Shown: positions 49,454 to 61,469, numbered from the stretch's first letter. The stretch is 64,000 nt of DNA from an uncultured Rivularia sp. (GCA_963665115.1 OY762007.1:1344001-1408000), one strand, 5' to 3'. Numbers and translations are program-made. The notes: generated by a model from the sequence alone, not told the origin.

Positions 49454-51347
49454 GTGTCTTCCCCTTCCCAAATCAGCGTTCCACAAATTGAATCTACCTC
49501 TTCCCAAACAACTCTTACTGAATCAAATACTTTTCCAAAACGTGCTTCTGGCGGTTTTGCTTTAATTGATAGCTTGAAGCGTCATGGGGTTGAGCATATT
49601 TTTGGCTATCCCGGTGGTGCTATTTTACCGATTTATGATGATTTATATAGAGATGAAGCTGCTGGTGGTATTAAGCACATTTTAGTTAGGCACGAACAAG
49701 GTGCCTCCCATGCTGCCGATGGTTACGCCCGCGCTAGTGGTAAAGTTGGTGTTTGTTTTGCTACTTCTGGCCCCGGTGCAACTAATTTAGTTACCGGCAT
49801 TGCTACCGCTCATATGGATTCGGTACCGATGGTTGTTGTTACCGGACAGGTGGCGCGAACTTCGATTGGTACTGATGCGTTCCAGGAAACCGATATTTAC
49901 GGAATTACACTACCGATTGTCAAGCATTCCTACGTGGTTCGCGACCCTAGAGACATGGCGCGGATTGTGGCAGAAGCTTTTCATATAGCCCTTAGTGGTC
50001 GTCCTGGGCCTGTTTTAATTGACGTTCCCAAAGATGTGGCGTTAGAGGAATTTGATTACATTCCCGTTGAACCGGGTTCGGTGAAATTATCGGGTTATCG
50101 TCCGACGGTGAAGGGAAATCCCCGACAAATCAATGCAGCTATTCAACTGATTCGCGAAAGCCGTCGTCCTTTGCTGTATGTGGGAGGTGGTGCGATTACT
50201 TCCGGCGCTCATGAGGAAGTTCAACAGTTAGCGGAATTATTTTCGATCCCCGTCACCACTACATTGATGGGTATCGGTTCTTTTGACGAACATCATCCGC
50301 TTTCCTTATCAATGTTGGGGATGCACGGAACCGCATATGCAAACTTTGCCGTTACCGATTGCGATTTATTGATTTGCGTTGGTGCAAGATTTGATGACAG
50401 GGTAACGGGTAAGTTAGATGAATTCGCTTCCCGCGCCAAGGTAATTCACATCGATATAGATCCGGCAGAAGTTGGTAAAAACCGCGTTCCGGAAGTGCCG
50501 ATTGTTGGCGATGTCAAAAGAGTTTTAACAGAATTGCTGCGTCGATGCGAAGAAAGGAATATTAAGCAAACACCACAGCAAACTCAAGAGTGGTTGAATT
50601 TAATCAACCGTTGGAAAGAAGATTATCCTTTGGTGGTACCGCACCATACTGATAGCATTTCACCTCAACAAGTAATCAGCGAAATCGCCCGTCAAGCACC
50701 CTACGCTTACTACACCACAGATGTCGGACAGCATCAAATGTGGGCGGCACAATTCCTTAAAAACGGCCCCCGTCGCTGGATTTCCAGCGCTGGTTTGGGA
50801 ACAATGGGTTTTGGGGTTCCCGCTGCAATGGGCGTAAAAGTCGCGTTTCCCGACGAACAAGTTATCTGTATTAGCGGCGATGCTAGTTTTCAAATGAATT
50901 TGCAAGAATTGGGAACCCTTGCACAATACGGCATAAATGTTAAAACCGTAATAATTAATAACGGTTGGCAAGGAATGGTGCGTCAGTGGCAGCAAGCGTA
51001 TTTCGGCGAACGTTATTCTAGTTCCAATATGGAAATAGGAATGCCAGACATCGAATTACTGTGCAAAGCTTACGGCATCAAAGGCATGGTAATTGAAAAG
51101 GCAGAACAACTCGAAAGCGCGATCGCCGAAATCATTGCCCATGACGGCCCAGTTGTAGTCAACGCTCGCGTCACCAGGGATGAAAACTGCTATCCAATGG
51201 TAGGCCCCCGGAAAGAGTAACGCCCAAATGGTTGGTTTAGCCAAGCAGCCACCGAAAGCAGCCAAAGAGCCAGTTTATTGCGGTAACTGCGGTGCCAAAA
51301 ATACTGCTGCAAACAACTTTTGTCCCGAATGCGGAACGAAGTTATAA
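49454..51347 (+). CDS. ilvB: acetolactate synthase large subunit with C-terminal zinc ribbon (+1 frameshift at ~51203-51209)
   Basis: [50 protein letters not shown]; shifted tail APGKSNAQM...CGNCG...FCPECGTKL*. Confidence 0.95.
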
Positions 51348-51349
51348 AT

Positions 51350-51502
51350 AGGTAATGGGTAATGGGTAATAGGGGATTGGGCATTGGAGTAGTAAATAGA
51401 AAGTTAGAAGTTAATTTAATAATTAATATTCTCCCCCCTCTCCCCAATTCCCAATTCCCAATTCCCAATTCCCAATCCCCAATTCCCAATTACCAATTAC
51501 CA
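51350..51502. repeat. STRR arrays (GGTAATG; TCCCAAT; TACCAAT)
   Basis: Tandem heptamers; they create the spurious N-terminal extension of the potC ORF. Confidence 0.85.
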
Positions 51503-52312
51503 ATGAACATATCTCCACCGAAGGAAAAACTGCATATCGGATGGCAGGGGGTTTTCTCACTGTTTATGTATGTTGTCATGTATTTACCGATCGCGGTACT
51601 TGCTTTTTATAGTTTTAATAAATCGCCTTATAGTGGGGCTTGGGAAGGGTTTACTTGGGAATGGTACGAAAAATTATTTCGGGATGAGCGGATTTTATCG
51701 GCTTTACAAAATAGTTTGATTGTTGCTTTGAGTGCTGTAAGTATTTCTGCTGTGTTGGGAACTTTGATGGCTGTGGGTTTGGCGCGTTATCGCTTTCCTT
51801 TGAGGGGTTTATATCGAGGAATATCTTATTTACCTTTAATTGTCCCAGATATTGCGATCGCGGTGGCTACTTTAGTTTTTTTAGCAGCGTTTGCAGTTCG
51901 TTTGAGCGTGTGGACTATCATTGCAGCTCATGTGGTATTTTGTTTGGCATATATCGCTCTTGTTGTTTCTTCTCGATTAACTAATTTAGATCCCCATTTA
52001 GAAGAGGCTGCATTAGATTTAGGGGCTACACCTTTTCAAGCTTTTATTAAAGTATTGTTACCGCAATTAATGCCTGGAATTATTGCCGGTTGTTTGTTAG
52101 CTTTTGTGCTTAGTTTGGATGACTTTCTAATTGCAAGCTTTACTGCTGGTAGCGGTTCAAATACTTTACCGATGGAAATTTTTAGCCGCATCAGAACGGG
52201 TGTAAAACCAGATATTAATGCTTTGAGCGTAATTTTAATAATCGTATCTGCGATTGTTGCTTTCGTTGCAGAATCAATTCGTAGTCAGGCAGAGTCTAGA
52301 AATAATAATTAG
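51503..52312 (+). CDS. potC: polyamine ABC transporter permease (PotC-like)
   Basis: [25 protein letters not shown] motif, [30 protein letters not shown]. Confidence 0.88.
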   Translation: MNISPPKEKLHIGWQGVFSLFMYVVMYLPIAVLAFYSFNKSPYSGAWEGFTWEWYEKLFRDERILSALQNSLIVALSAVSISAVLGTLMAVGLARYRFPLRGLYRGISYLPLIVPDIAIAVATLVFLAAFAVRLSVWTIIAAHVVFCLAYIALVVSSRLTNLDPHLEEAALDLGATPFQAFIKVLLPQLMPGIIAGCLLAFVLSLDDFLIASFTAGSGSNTLPMEIFSRIRTGVKPDINALSVILIIVSAIVAFVAESIRSQAESRNNN

Positions 52313-52577
52313 TTTTTATATTATGCCCTGTTAATCACCCATAATATATAAATAATATACCAGCCTGACTTTGTTATTAGTTTAACTAATTTTATTGATA
52401 GTCTATCGTGCAATTTCTTGCAGGATGGATTTTTTGGTATTTATACGGTTTTTTAATGAGACACAAGTGTTAATAATTATACTCTGCACACAAAATATTT
52501 ATACTATTATTACCTATTGCTATTAAATACCCAGGATAATTAATTCACATAACAAAACATTAATTACAGGGTAACTT

Positions 52578-53939
52578 GTGAACCAGAAAAATATCGGATT
52601 TAATCTCCTCAAAAAAATACGCAATCTAAGCGGAAAAACAACTTTAATATTCTTCTCTTTGCTCTGTAGCGCTCTTCCCGCTCAAGCAGTGAACTTTAAT
52701 TTTACTTATTCCGATGACACCAGCAACGACCAAAAAGAAGCCTTTGAAATGGCAGGTTTGATGTGGGGAGAATTACTGCAAGATGATGTCACCGTTAATA
52801 TTCACGTCGATTTTGCCGATAACAATAAAATGCCGACTAATGTTTTAGGCGGGGCGATACCTGGATTTTATAGTACTTCATCTAATCATGAGAGAACAGG
52901 TTATGAAGCCTACAAGCAAAAACTGTTCGATGACCGCAAGTCGCATAACGACTATACGGTTTTTGATGGAGCAAATGAGAATGTTCCTAATAATTATATA
53001 AGAGACAAATGGTGGGCTTATATGTTGAGGAATAATAATATGATTCATAGCTATGAAATCAGTCTCACCAGAGCCAACGCTAAAGCAGTAGGTATGATTA
53101 ATCCTCACCACAAGGCCCTTGATGGTGTGATTCTGATGAATAAGCTCAATAATCTGAACTACGGATGGAACACTAATTATCTTTCTAATTCTGTTGGTCA
53201 TAGCAAATTTGACCTTACTAGTGTTGCGAAGCATGAAATTGGTCATGCTCTTGGCTTTGTCAGCAGCATGGATTATTTCGATAGCAGTAACTACGATGAT
53301 AGAAATGCTCGCAATGCCACTTTTACTTCCTTCGATATGTTTCGTCGTGGTGCAAGCACGCAAATGTGGGGAACGATAGATATGAGCAACGATAGCCAAA
53401 GCTACTTTTCTTTAGATAATGGTTCTACCCTTATAGGTCTGCTCTCTACTGGTCAAGATACAAGCTTAGGAGCCGATGGCTATCAGGGTAGTCACTGGAG
53501 TGCATTCGACAATGTAGAAGATTTAATGGACCCTACTCTGCCAACAAATCGTCGTAGAATGGCTAATTATAAAGACTTAACCGCTTTAGATGTAATTGGT
53601 TGGGATGCAAATTACGATTCATTGAATATGACCAACTTGGTTAGTCTAAGCAATCTAGCTCAATCCCAAGCTGCTAATGCAGCAAGTAGCAATCCTACTA
53701 GTAGTCTTAAAAAGATGTTTAACCAGCATGGTTGGCGTGGTAGAAACAGCAATCGTAATCGTTTCCGCCAAGGTGTAGATTTAGCTGATTTCCTTGCTCA
53801 AGAAGGATTGTTTCAAAGAGGTGCTTTTTGGTCTCATATGGAAGCAGAAACTGCTTCTGTTCCCGAACCTTCTTCAATATTAGGATTTTTAGGTTTGGGG
53901 TTATTTATGAAGGGTTGTTCGCGCAAAAGAAAAAGTTAA
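52578..53939 (+). CDS. PEP-CTERM-sorted zinc metalloprotease (NF038122-like)
   Basis: Signal peptide ending AQA, TRANAKAVG, HEIGHALGF zinc motif, SHW, LMDP Met-turn, DVIGW, C-terminal VPEPSS-TM-RKRKS. Confidence 0.88.
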   Translation: MNQKNIGFNLLKKIRNLSGKTTLIFFSLLCSALPAQAVNFNFTYSDDTSNDQKEAFEMAGLMWGELLQDDVTVNIHVDFADNNKMPTNVLGGAIPGFYSTSSNHERTGYEAYKQKLFDDRKSHNDYTVFDGANENVPNNYIRDKWWAYMLRNNNMIHSYEISLTRANAKAVGMINPHHKALDGVILMNKLNNLNYGWNTNYLSNSVGHSKFDLTSVAKHEIGHALGFVSSMDYFDSSNYDDRNARNATFTSFDMFRRGASTQMWGTIDMSNDSQSYFSLDNGSTLIGLLSTGQDTSLGADGYQGSHWSAFDNVEDLMDPTLPTNRRRMANYKDLTALDVIGWDANYDSLNMTNLVSLSNLAQSQAANAASSNPTSSLKKMFNQHGWRGRNSNRNRFRQGVDLADFLAQEGLFQRGAFWSHMEAETASVPEPSSILGFLGLGLFMKGCSRKRKS

Positions 53940-53962
53940 TTTAGTCATTTACTTCTTGCCTT

Positions 53963-54080
53963 TAGGGAGTAGGGAGTAGGGAGTAGGGAGTAGGGAGTAG
54001 GGAGTAGTGAGTAGGAAGTAGTGAGTAGGGAGTAGGGAGTAGGGAGTAGTGAGTAGGAAGTAGTGAGTAGTGAGTAGGGA
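53963..54080. repeat. long STRR array (GGGAGTA/GTGAGTA)n
   Basis: About 16 tandem heptamers. Confidence 0.92.
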
Positions 54081-54216
54081 AATGTACCTCATATACCTGC
54101 AAAGTGCTGTATGTAGCCGCACCCCTATAGGGTGTCGAATAAAATTTTTTTTAACCTAAAAATAAATATTACTTGTAGAGAGTATTAATTTACTTAGATA
54201 TTTTGGGAAAGATATG

Positions 54217-54261
54217 AATAAGTTCCCGATAAATACAGATGTATTTGGGAACTTATTTTTC
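54217..54261 (+). terminator. strong hairpin with T-tail upstream of the tpsA-like gene
   Basis: AATAAGTTCCC(54217-27)/GGGAACTTATT(54247-57) plus inner AAATAC/GTATTT, followed by TTT. Confidence 0.5.
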
Positions 54262-54291
54262 TGAAACCGTGCAATCTAGGTCAACTACCGA

Positions 54292-57200
54292 ATGTCTAGC
54301 ATCTCCATCCTTAAAGTGTTTCGGGTTTTTCCCAACCAAGCAAAAATTTCTTGGCTAAGTATTATTACACCTGTAGTTTGCTGCTCGTTTCTTGCTCATC
54401 CGATAAAGGTTACAGCCCAACTTGCTCCCGACAATAACTTACCCAACAATACAGTAGTTTCACCGAACGGAAATCTGATTGATATCATTGGAGGTACTAG
54501 ACCGGGAAATGGTGCTAATCTGTTTCACAGCTTTCAAGATTTTTCTGTAAATTCCAATCAAACTGCCCGCTTTCGACACAATAGCGGAATTGAAAACATT
54601 ATTAATCGGGTAACGGGTGGTTCAATTTCTAATATTAATGGTACTATTCAAACCCTAATTAATGGCACTACTAATAAAGGTAGTGCCAATCTTTTTATTA
54701 TTAATCCTAATGGAATAATTTTTGGAGCCAATGCCAAATTAGATATTGGCGGTTCATTTTTTGCTAGTACTGCTGATAGTATTAAATTTGCAGATGGTAG
54801 CTTTTATAGTGCTGTGAATCCTCAAGAACCACCGCTGCTAACTGTTAATATTCCTTTAGGCTTACAATACAACAATTCTAATCCTGGAACTATTACCGTT
54901 CAAGGTAATGGTAATAACCTGTTCTTCGACCCCGATACCTTCGCTACAGACAGAGATAATCGTCCTGTGGGATTGCAAGTAGTAGCTGGTGAAACTTTAG
55001 CTCTTGTGGGTGGAAATGTAAATTTAGAAGGTGGGAATGTCACCGCAGAACAAGGCAGAATTGAGATAGGTAGCGTCCAAGGAGAAGGATTAGTAACTCT
55101 TAAAAGTGTTGATTCTACAGCTTCAGGTTGGAATTTAGATTACACTAAGGCGAACAACTTCAGGGATATTAATCTGATAAATGCTGCTTCTATTGATGTC
55201 AGTGGTAACGGTGGTGGTGAGGTACAAGTTATAGGACGTAATATCTCTTTATTTGATGGTTCCGCTATCTTGGGTAATACTCTGGGTGACTCTCCAGCAA
55301 GAACTTTAAATATTAAAGCAGCAGAAACATTAGAAGTGGTGGGTTTTTCCTCTGATTTCCCATTTTCAACTAGCATATCTAGCGATGTTGGTTTTAAAGC
55401 TAAAGGTAACGGTGGTAGAGTTGAAATTGATGCTAAAAACTTAATTGTTGCCGATGGAGGACAGATAGGAAGCGGTAGTTTTGGCTTTGGTGATGGAGGA
55501 ATTGTTGAGGTTAAGGCTGAGAATATCGAGTTAATTTTTGGTGGTCCAGATGGTCCTAGTGGTTTGTTTACTACTGCTGAATTTGGTACTGGTAATGGTG
55601 GTAATGTTATCGTCAAAACTGACAATTTATTAGTACAAGAAGGAGCTAGCATCACCAGTCAAACTTTTAGTGAGGGAAATGCTGGAAATGTAGACATTAC
55701 TGCCAAAAATATTCAAATAGCTGGTACTGCTTTTGGTGAATTTCCTAGTACTTTATCTACTAATAGTTTTTCCCCTGCTGGTAATGGAGGAAATATAAAA
55801 ATAAAGACTGATACTTTAAACTTGGTTGATGGAGCAGAAATTCGAGCTTCTACGTTTGGTTCTGGGAATGCAGGTGAATTAGATATTCAAGCTAAGCAAA
55901 TAGAAATCTCTGGTGCTTCTCCAGTTGGATTGGGTAGTGGTATATTTGCAAATCTAGAAGAAGAAGCATCTGGTAATGGTGGTTTAATCGAAATTAAAAC
56001 AGAAGATTTGCGGTTACTAGATGGAGGACAAATTAGCACTAGTGCTTTTGGTTCTGGAAACGGGGGGACTTTAAAAATCAAAGCTGAGGATATTATTGTC
56101 AGTGGATTTTTAAACAATAATCCGAGCGGTTTATTTAGTAGTGCTGATGTTGGTCGGGGTGGAGATTTAACTATTGAAACTACAAGTTTACGTGCGAACG
56201 AGGGAGGACAAATTAGTTCGACTACATTTGGGAAGGGAGATGCAGGTAATTTAAACGTAAAAGCTAAAGAAATATATCTAAGTGATTTTACAGTACTTGG
56301 ACGTAGCGGTTTATTGGCAACAGCGATTGAAGGTACTGGTGATGGTGGTAAGTTAACTGTGGAGACGGATAAACTTATTATCCAAAACGGTGCTACCGTT
56401 AGTTCGAGCAATTTCACCAGCCGCGATTCTGATATACCTCCAGGACAAGGGAAAGCAGGTGATATTGAAATTAATGCTCGCATCTTGGAGTTAGATAGTA
56501 ATAATCCTGAAGAACCAGCAAGTATCAATGCTTCTACCTTTAGTGGTGGAGGAGGGAATGTCACTCTAAATGTAAACGAAGTTTTTGTTCGTAACGGTAG
56601 TCAAATTACTGCGGAAGCCAGAGGAAGCGGTGATGGTGGTAGTTTAAAGCTAATTAATGACTATTTACAACTTGAAAGTGGTGGCTCACTTAGTACCAGT
56701 ACTATTGCAGCAGGTAATGGAGGAATCATTAATATTCAAGCTGCTAATATCCGAAGTGATGGTACCAATAGCGGCATATTTAGCCAAGCAACGGCTGATT
56801 CTTCTGGAGATAGTGGGATTATAAATTTGAATTCTGATACCTTAACCTTGAGTAACGCAGCAGCAATAAGTACTAGCAGTCAAGGAACGGGAAACGCTGG
56901 TATTCTCAACGTTGAAGCGGATAAAATCAAACTTTATAGTAATGGTCAAGTTACTACTAATAGTACGGGATTGGGACAAGCAGGTAATATTAATATCTTA
57001 TTTGAACGCTTAGAAACGAATCGAGGAAAAATTACCGCAACTTCCGAAAAAACAGGCGGTGGAGATATTACTTTAACTGCTACAGCCAGTGAAATATTTC
57101 TTCGCAATAATAGTTTAATTAGTACCAGCGTGCTTGATAGTACGGGTGGGGGCGGTAATATTACTATAATCGCCGATATCATTGCTGGTTTTGAAAACAG

Positions 57201-57720
57201 TGACATTAGCGCCAACGCAGTTGAAGGAAACGGTGGTAACATTAACATTACTACTCAAGGTATTTTCGGTTTAGAATTTCGCGAGCAACCAACCGAGCAA
57301 AGCGATATTACTGCAAGTTCCCAATTTGGCGTTAACGGTACAGTCGAAATTAACAATATTGGTATTGACCCCAGTTCCGGTTTAGTAGATTTACCCACAG
57401 AATTAACAGATTCATCGCAAAAAATTGCGACTGGATGTTCTAAGCAAAATAGAAATAGTTTTGTAGCTATTGGAAGAGGCGGGATACCATACAATCCCAG
57501 TCAATCTTTGAATCATAACAATATTTGGTCAGACCTTCGCAATTTTTCGGCCTCTCGCAAGCAAACTGATAATTCTGCAAAAATTACACGATTATCAAAT
57601 AAACCAGCAATTGTAGAAGCTACTGGTTTTAGACGTAATAAAAAAGGGGAAATTGAACTTGTTGCTGCTCAAAACAAACCTTTTACAGCATCCTTTAACT
57701 GTAAAGTAAATAATACATAA
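54292..57720 (+). CDS. filamentous haemagglutinin family (TpsA) exoprotein
   Basis: NLFHSFQDFSV, NIINRVTGGSISNING, NLFIINPNGIIFG TPS domain; GxGG beta-helix repeats; SDITASS...C...GRGGIP...IVEATG C-terminus. Confidence 0.92.
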   Translation: MSSISILKVFRVFPNQAKISWLSIITPVVCCSFLAHPIKVTAQLAPDNNLPNNTVVSPNGNLIDIIGGTRPGNGANLFHSFQDFSVNSNQTARFRHNSGIENIINRVTGGSISNINGTIQTLINGTTNKGSANLFIINPNGIIFGANAKLDIGGSFFASTADSIKFADGSFYSAVNPQEPPLLTVNIPLGLQYNNSNPGTITVQGNGNNLFFDPDTFATDRDNRPVGLQVVAGETLALVGGNVNLEGGNVTAEQGRIEIGSVQGEGLVTLKSVDSTASGWNLDYTKANNFRDINLINAASIDVSGNGGGEVQVIGRNISLFDGSAILGNTLGDSPARTLNIKAAETLEVVGFSSDFPFSTSISSDVGFKAKGNGGRVEIDAKNLIVADGGQIGSGSFGFGDGGIVEVKAENIELIFGGPDGPSGLFTTAEFGTGNGGNVIVKTDNLLVQEGASITSQTFSEGNAGNVDITAKNIQIAGTAFGEFPSTLSTNSFSPAGNGGNIKIKTDTLNLVDGAEIRASTFGSGNAGELDIQAKQIEISGASPVGLGSGIFANLEEEASGNGGLIEIKTEDLRLLDGGQISTSAFGSGNGGTLKIKAEDIIVSGFLNNNPSGLFSSADVGRGGDLTIETTSLRANEGGQISSTTFGKGDAGNLNVKAKEIYLSDFTVLGRSGLLATAIEGTGDGGKLTVETDKLIIQNGATVSSSNFTSRDSDIPPGQGKAGDIEINARILELDSNNPEEPASINASTFSGGGGNVTLNVNEVFVRNGSQITAEARGSGDGGSLKLINDYLQLESGGSLSTSTIAAGNGGIINIQAANIRSDGTNSGIFSQATADSSGDSGIINLNSDTLTLSNAAAISTSSQGTGNAGILNVEADKIKLYSNGQVTTNSTGLGQAGNINILFERLETNRGKITATSEKTGGGDITLTATASEIFLRNNSLISTSVLDSTGGGGNITIIADIIAGFENSDISANAVEGNGGNINITTQGIFGLEFREQPTEQSDITASSQFGVNGTVEINNIGIDPSSGLVDLPTELTDSSQKIATGCSKQNRNSFVAIGRGGIPYNPSQSLNHNNIWSDLRNFSASRKQTDNSAKITRLSNKPAIVEATGFRRNKKGEIELVAAQNKPFTASFNCKVNNT

Positions 57721-58002
57721 TTAAACAGTATTCTAAAGTTTTTATTTAATTTATTTAAATATATAACTTATATAAAATTCACATTTTGTACTCCAACAAA
57801 TACTACTCATTAATCGTTCTTCGCCCCTACATACGTATTTGTGAAAGTTAAGATAAGAAATGTAGGAGACGCTAATTACTATCAGCAAACGTACCGATGG
57901 CAATTAGCTAATGATACTAATAAACTGGCAATAATCTTATTCTCTGTAATGAGGGGATAAAAGTTTTTTAACAGTTTTATAACTTGCCTCGTGCATTTTT
58001 TT

Positions 58003-58725
58003 ATGGCTAATAAAAATAAACCACTTTTCAAAAACTTACTTTTGGCAATCAGTTGCGTGTTTACCTTGTCTATGGTTTCTGCGTGGATAACTCCAGCCCA
58101 AGCAGGGATGACTTTTACACCACGAGGAGGACAAGCACCTAAAACTAATACAGTTCCAGGAGGTTCTCGTGGAGATACTTGTGCAATTGGTAAATCTAAT
58201 CAGAAGAATGGAGCGATAGTAAAAGTATTACCTAAATCGAATATCGGTTTAACAACACAACAACGTCCATTAATAATGGTGTATGTTCCAGCAAGTACTG
58301 CTCAAAAGGCATTTTTTAGTATCCAGGATGAGGATTTAAATCATTATTATCAAACAACTTTACAGCTACCTGAGAAAGCAGGAGTGATGGAAATTAAAAT
58401 CCCAGATTCGGTTCCAGCGTTAGCTACGGGCAAAAATTATCAATATTCTTTGGCAATGATTTGCGGTATAGATTTAGAACCGGACGATCCGCTAACTAGT
58501 GGTTGGATTCAGCGAGTTCAGCCCAAAGGTAATCTAGTAAATCAACAACCTTCTGTGGAGTTAGCATCCCAGCTTGCATCTGATGGTATATGGTTCGATG
58601 CGGTTTCTACTCTTGCAGAATTGAGAAAGTCACAGCCCGACAACCAATCTGTTGTTAATTCTTGGCAGCAACTATTGAATTCTGCTGGCTTAAGTGAAAT
58701 TGCCCAAGAACCAATAGTTAATTAA
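58003..58725 (+). CDS. DUF928 domain protein (secreted)
   Basis: Signal peptide AQA, GGSRGDTC, GLTTQQRP, YVP, GWIQRV, GIWFDA, WQQLLNSAGL. Confidence 0.88.
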   Translation: MANKNKPLFKNLLLAISCVFTLSMVSAWITPAQAGMTFTPRGGQAPKTNTVPGGSRGDTCAIGKSNQKNGAIVKVLPKSNIGLTTQQRPLIMVYVPASTAQKAFFSIQDEDLNHYYQTTLQLPEKAGVMEIKIPDSVPALATGKNYQYSLAMICGIDLEPDDPLTSGWIQRVQPKGNLVNQQPSVELASQLASDGIWFDAVSTLAELRKSQPDNQSVVNSWQQLLNSAGLSEIAQEPIVN

Positions 58726-58736
58726 CATAATTTGTG

Positions 58737-61469
58737 ATGTGGTCAAAGTTTAAAACGTTTTTATGGGAATGGCGTTTTGTTGCGATAACAACCCCTGCTG
58801 TAGCTTTGACTGTAATTGCAGCAAGTACCACAGGATGTTTTCAGCTTTTGGAGTGGACAACTCTAGAGCATTTTTTCGCTATCCGTCCTCATGAAAAGCC
58901 CGAAAAGCGAATTTTAATCGTCACTATTGACGAAAAGGACATCACCAAAGTTGGTAAATGGCCAATTCCGGGTGCTGTTTTGGCTGATGCTTTAAAAAAA
59001 ATCAATCAGCATCAGCCAGCAGTTATTGGTATGGATATTTTTCGAGACTTACCAGTGGAACCCGGTCATCAGAAACTGGTTAAGGTGATGCAGACTACAC
59101 CAAATTTGATTGGAATCAAAAAAATGTTAGGGGATAAAGTTGCACCATCCCCTACTTTATCTAAACTTAACCAAGTAGCTCTTGCCGATATGCTTTCGGA
59201 TACAGATGGTAAGGTTCGACGAGGATTGCTATCTGCGAATGATGGAAATAGCGGCAATGTTGTTTTGGGTTTAGCGGCAAATTTAAGCTTAAAATACTTA
59301 GAAGAAAAAGGTATTCAGTTAGCGAGTAACGACCCGGAAGGGAAATCTTTGCGATTGGGTAAAGCGGTATTTTATCCGCTTGCAGGAGAAGAATTTGCTT
59401 ACCGTGATGCAGATACGGCCATCTACCAAATTTTACTTAATTATCGCGATATAGACAACAATTTTGATACAGTTAGTTTGCGAGATGTGCTATCGGGTAA
59501 TTTGTCTGAAGAACAAGTGCGATCGCGCATCGTATTAATAGGTACGACGGCCAAGAGTGTTAATGATTTCCACAACATTGGCTATACTCCTAGCTTAAAA
59601 GATCAAAATGTTCCTATGGCTGGTGTGGTAATTCACGCTCATTTAGTTAGCCAGATTTTAAGTGCAGCATTGGATGGAAGACCTATGATAAATATCTTGT
59701 CTTCCCAAGGGGAATGGCTGTGGATTTTATGTTGGTCTTTTACTGGTAGTTGGGTTAGTTGGCAATTACTGCAAGTTAACTTAAAGGGGAAGCGAGGGTT
59801 TTGGGGATTATCCATATTAGGTATATCAATTGCTGTAGGAACTTTGATTGTTACTAGCTATGGCAGCTTTATGGTAGGTTGGTGGATTCCTACGGTTTCG
59901 CCTTTTATTGCTCTGATTAGTTCGGCAATTATAGTTAGTAGTTTTCATAAGCAATGGCAATTAGAACAAGCCAATGAAAAGTTACAGGAATATTCTCACA
60001 CTTTGGAAGTCAAGGTAGAAGAGAGAACTAAAGAATTAGTTAAAGCTAAAGAAGCAGCAGATGTGGCTTCTCAAGCTAAAAGTGAGTTTCTTGCGAATAT
60101 GAGTCATGAATTGCGAACACCTTTGAATGGTATTTTAGGTTACGCACAGATATTAAAACGTTCGCAAAATATAGCTAAAACAGAACTTGATGGAGTGGAA
60201 ATTATCTATCAATGTGGTTCCCATTTGTTGACTTTAATTAATGATATTTTGGATTTATCCAAAATTGAAGCTCGCAAATTAGAATTGCACTCCAATGATA
60301 TCAAATTTGATTCATTCTTAACTGGGGTTGCCGAAATATGTCGTATTCGTGCCGAACAAAAAGGTATTGGATTTTATTCTCAATTTGATTCGCAACTTCC
60401 GCTAATAGTAAATACTGACGAAAAGCGGTTACGTCAGGTTTTGATAAATTTATTAGGAAATGCAATCAAATTTACCGATAAAGGTGAAGTTTATTTTTCT
60501 ATTCGAGTAATAGAAAAATATGACTTAGATATAGATAGCGCTCAAAATATTTATAAAATTCGCTTTGAAATTATCGATAGCGGTGTGGGAATGACACCGG
60601 AACAATTAAGTCAAATATTTTTACCTTTTGAACAAGTGGGGGATAAAAATAAACAAGCTGAAGGTACGGGATTGGGATTGGCTATTAGTCGCAAAATTAC
60701 TGAATTAATGGGTAGTGGTATTAATGTAGAAAGTAATTTGGGTTTGGGTAGTAAATTTTGGTTTGATGTTGATTTAAAGGTTAGCCAGGAGAAGATACAG
60801 GACAAATCCGATTTATCAAACAGCCAAATTATCGGTTTGAAACACTGTAAACCTAATATTTTAGTCGTGGATGACCAGTGGGAAAATCGCTCAATTATTA
60901 TCAATTGTTTAAAAGCAATTGGTTTTTGTTGTTTTGAAGCAAGTAATGGTCAGGAGGGCTTAAAAAAAGCGGAAGATATCAAACCAGATTTAATTATAAC
61001 TGATATCTCTATGCCAGAAATAGATGGTTTGGAAATGATAGAAACTCTCAGAAATAATCAAGAATTTAGTAATGTACCAATTGTGGTGTCATCTGCTAGC
61101 GTTTACGAAAATGATGTTAAGCAAAGTTTAGCTGCTGGTGCGAATGAATTTTTACCGAAGCCCATACAAATAGATAACTTGTTACAAATTTTACAAAACT
61201 ATTTACAATTGGAGTGGATTTATGCCAAAAATGAACAAAAATATTTAAATGAAGAATCTATTGAGGAACAAGAATTAATCGCTCCTTCGGAAGAAGAAAT
61301 GGATAAATTATTCGATTTAGCTATGCGAGGAAATGTAAGTAGTATAGAAAATTTCTTAGAAAATTTAGAAAGTTCGGATCAAAGTTTCAAACCTTTCGTA
61401 GCAAAAATTAGAGAGCTTGCTGATAATTTCCAATTTAAACAAATTAGACAATATATAAAATCTTTCTAA
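58737..61469 (+). CDS. CHASE2-domain hybrid sensor histidine kinase
   Basis: [42 protein letters not shown]2; three [15 protein letters not shown]; HATPase; REC. Confidence 0.92.
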   Translation: MWSKFKTFLWEWRFVAITTPAVALTVIAASTTGCFQLLEWTTLEHFFAIRPHEKPEKRILIVTIDEKDITKVGKWPIPGAVLADALKKINQHQPAVIGMDIFRDLPVEPGHQKLVKVMQTTPNLIGIKKMLGDKVAPSPTLSKLNQVALADMLSDTDGKVRRGLLSANDGNSGNVVLGLAANLSLKYLEEKGIQLASNDPEGKSLRLGKAVFYPLAGEEFAYRDADTAIYQILLNYRDIDNNFDTVSLRDVLSGNLSEEQVRSRIVLIGTTAKSVNDFHNIGYTPSLKDQNVPMAGVVIHAHLVSQILSAALDGRPMINILSSQGEWLWILCWSFTGSWVSWQLLQVNLKGKRGFWGLSILGISIAVGTLIVTSYGSFMVGWWIPTVSPFIALISSAIIVSSFHKQWQLEQANEKLQEYSHTLEVKVEERTKELVKAKEAADVASQAKSEFLANMSHELRTPLNGILGYAQILKRSQNIAKTELDGVEIIYQCGSHLLTLINDILDLSKIEARKLELHSNDIKFDSFLTGVAEICRIRAEQKGIGFYSQFDSQLPLIVNTDEKRLRQVLINLLGNAIKFTDKGEVYFSIRVIEKYDLDIDSAQNIYKIRFEIIDSGVGMTPEQLSQIFLPFEQVGDKNKQAEGTGLGLAISRKITELMGSGINVESNLGLGSKFWFDVDLKVSQEKIQDKSDLSNSQIIGLKHCKPNILVVDDQWENRSIIINCLKAIGFCCFEASNGQEGLKKAEDIKPDLIITDISMPEIDGLEMIETLRNNQEFSNVPIVVSSASVYENDVKQSLAAGANEFLPKPIQIDNLLQILQNYLQLEWIYAKNEQKYLNEESIEEQELIAPSEEEMDKLFDLAMRGNVSSIENFLENLESSDQSFKPFVAKIRELADNFQFKQIRQYIKSF

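Noticed and set aside
6784..51209. Programmed frameshifting or phase variation as the cause of the split genes
   Set aside because: The runs are only 3-5 nt, there is no shared slippery site or stimulator, and the affected genes are unrelated and include core ilvB; sequencing error is more parsimonious.
51190..51502. ORF 51190-51489 and the 47-aa N-terminal extension of potC
   Set aside because: Products of heptamer repeats ([14 protein letters not shown]); the real start is most plausibly ATG 51503.
53963..54080. Possible CRISPR array or other spaced repeat
   Set aside because: Contiguous 7-mers without unique spacers; no cas genes in the window.
55140..57494. Long antisense ORFs inside the TpsA gene
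   Set aside because: Shadow frames caused by Gly/Asn/Ser codon bias; Pro-rich with no protein-like features.
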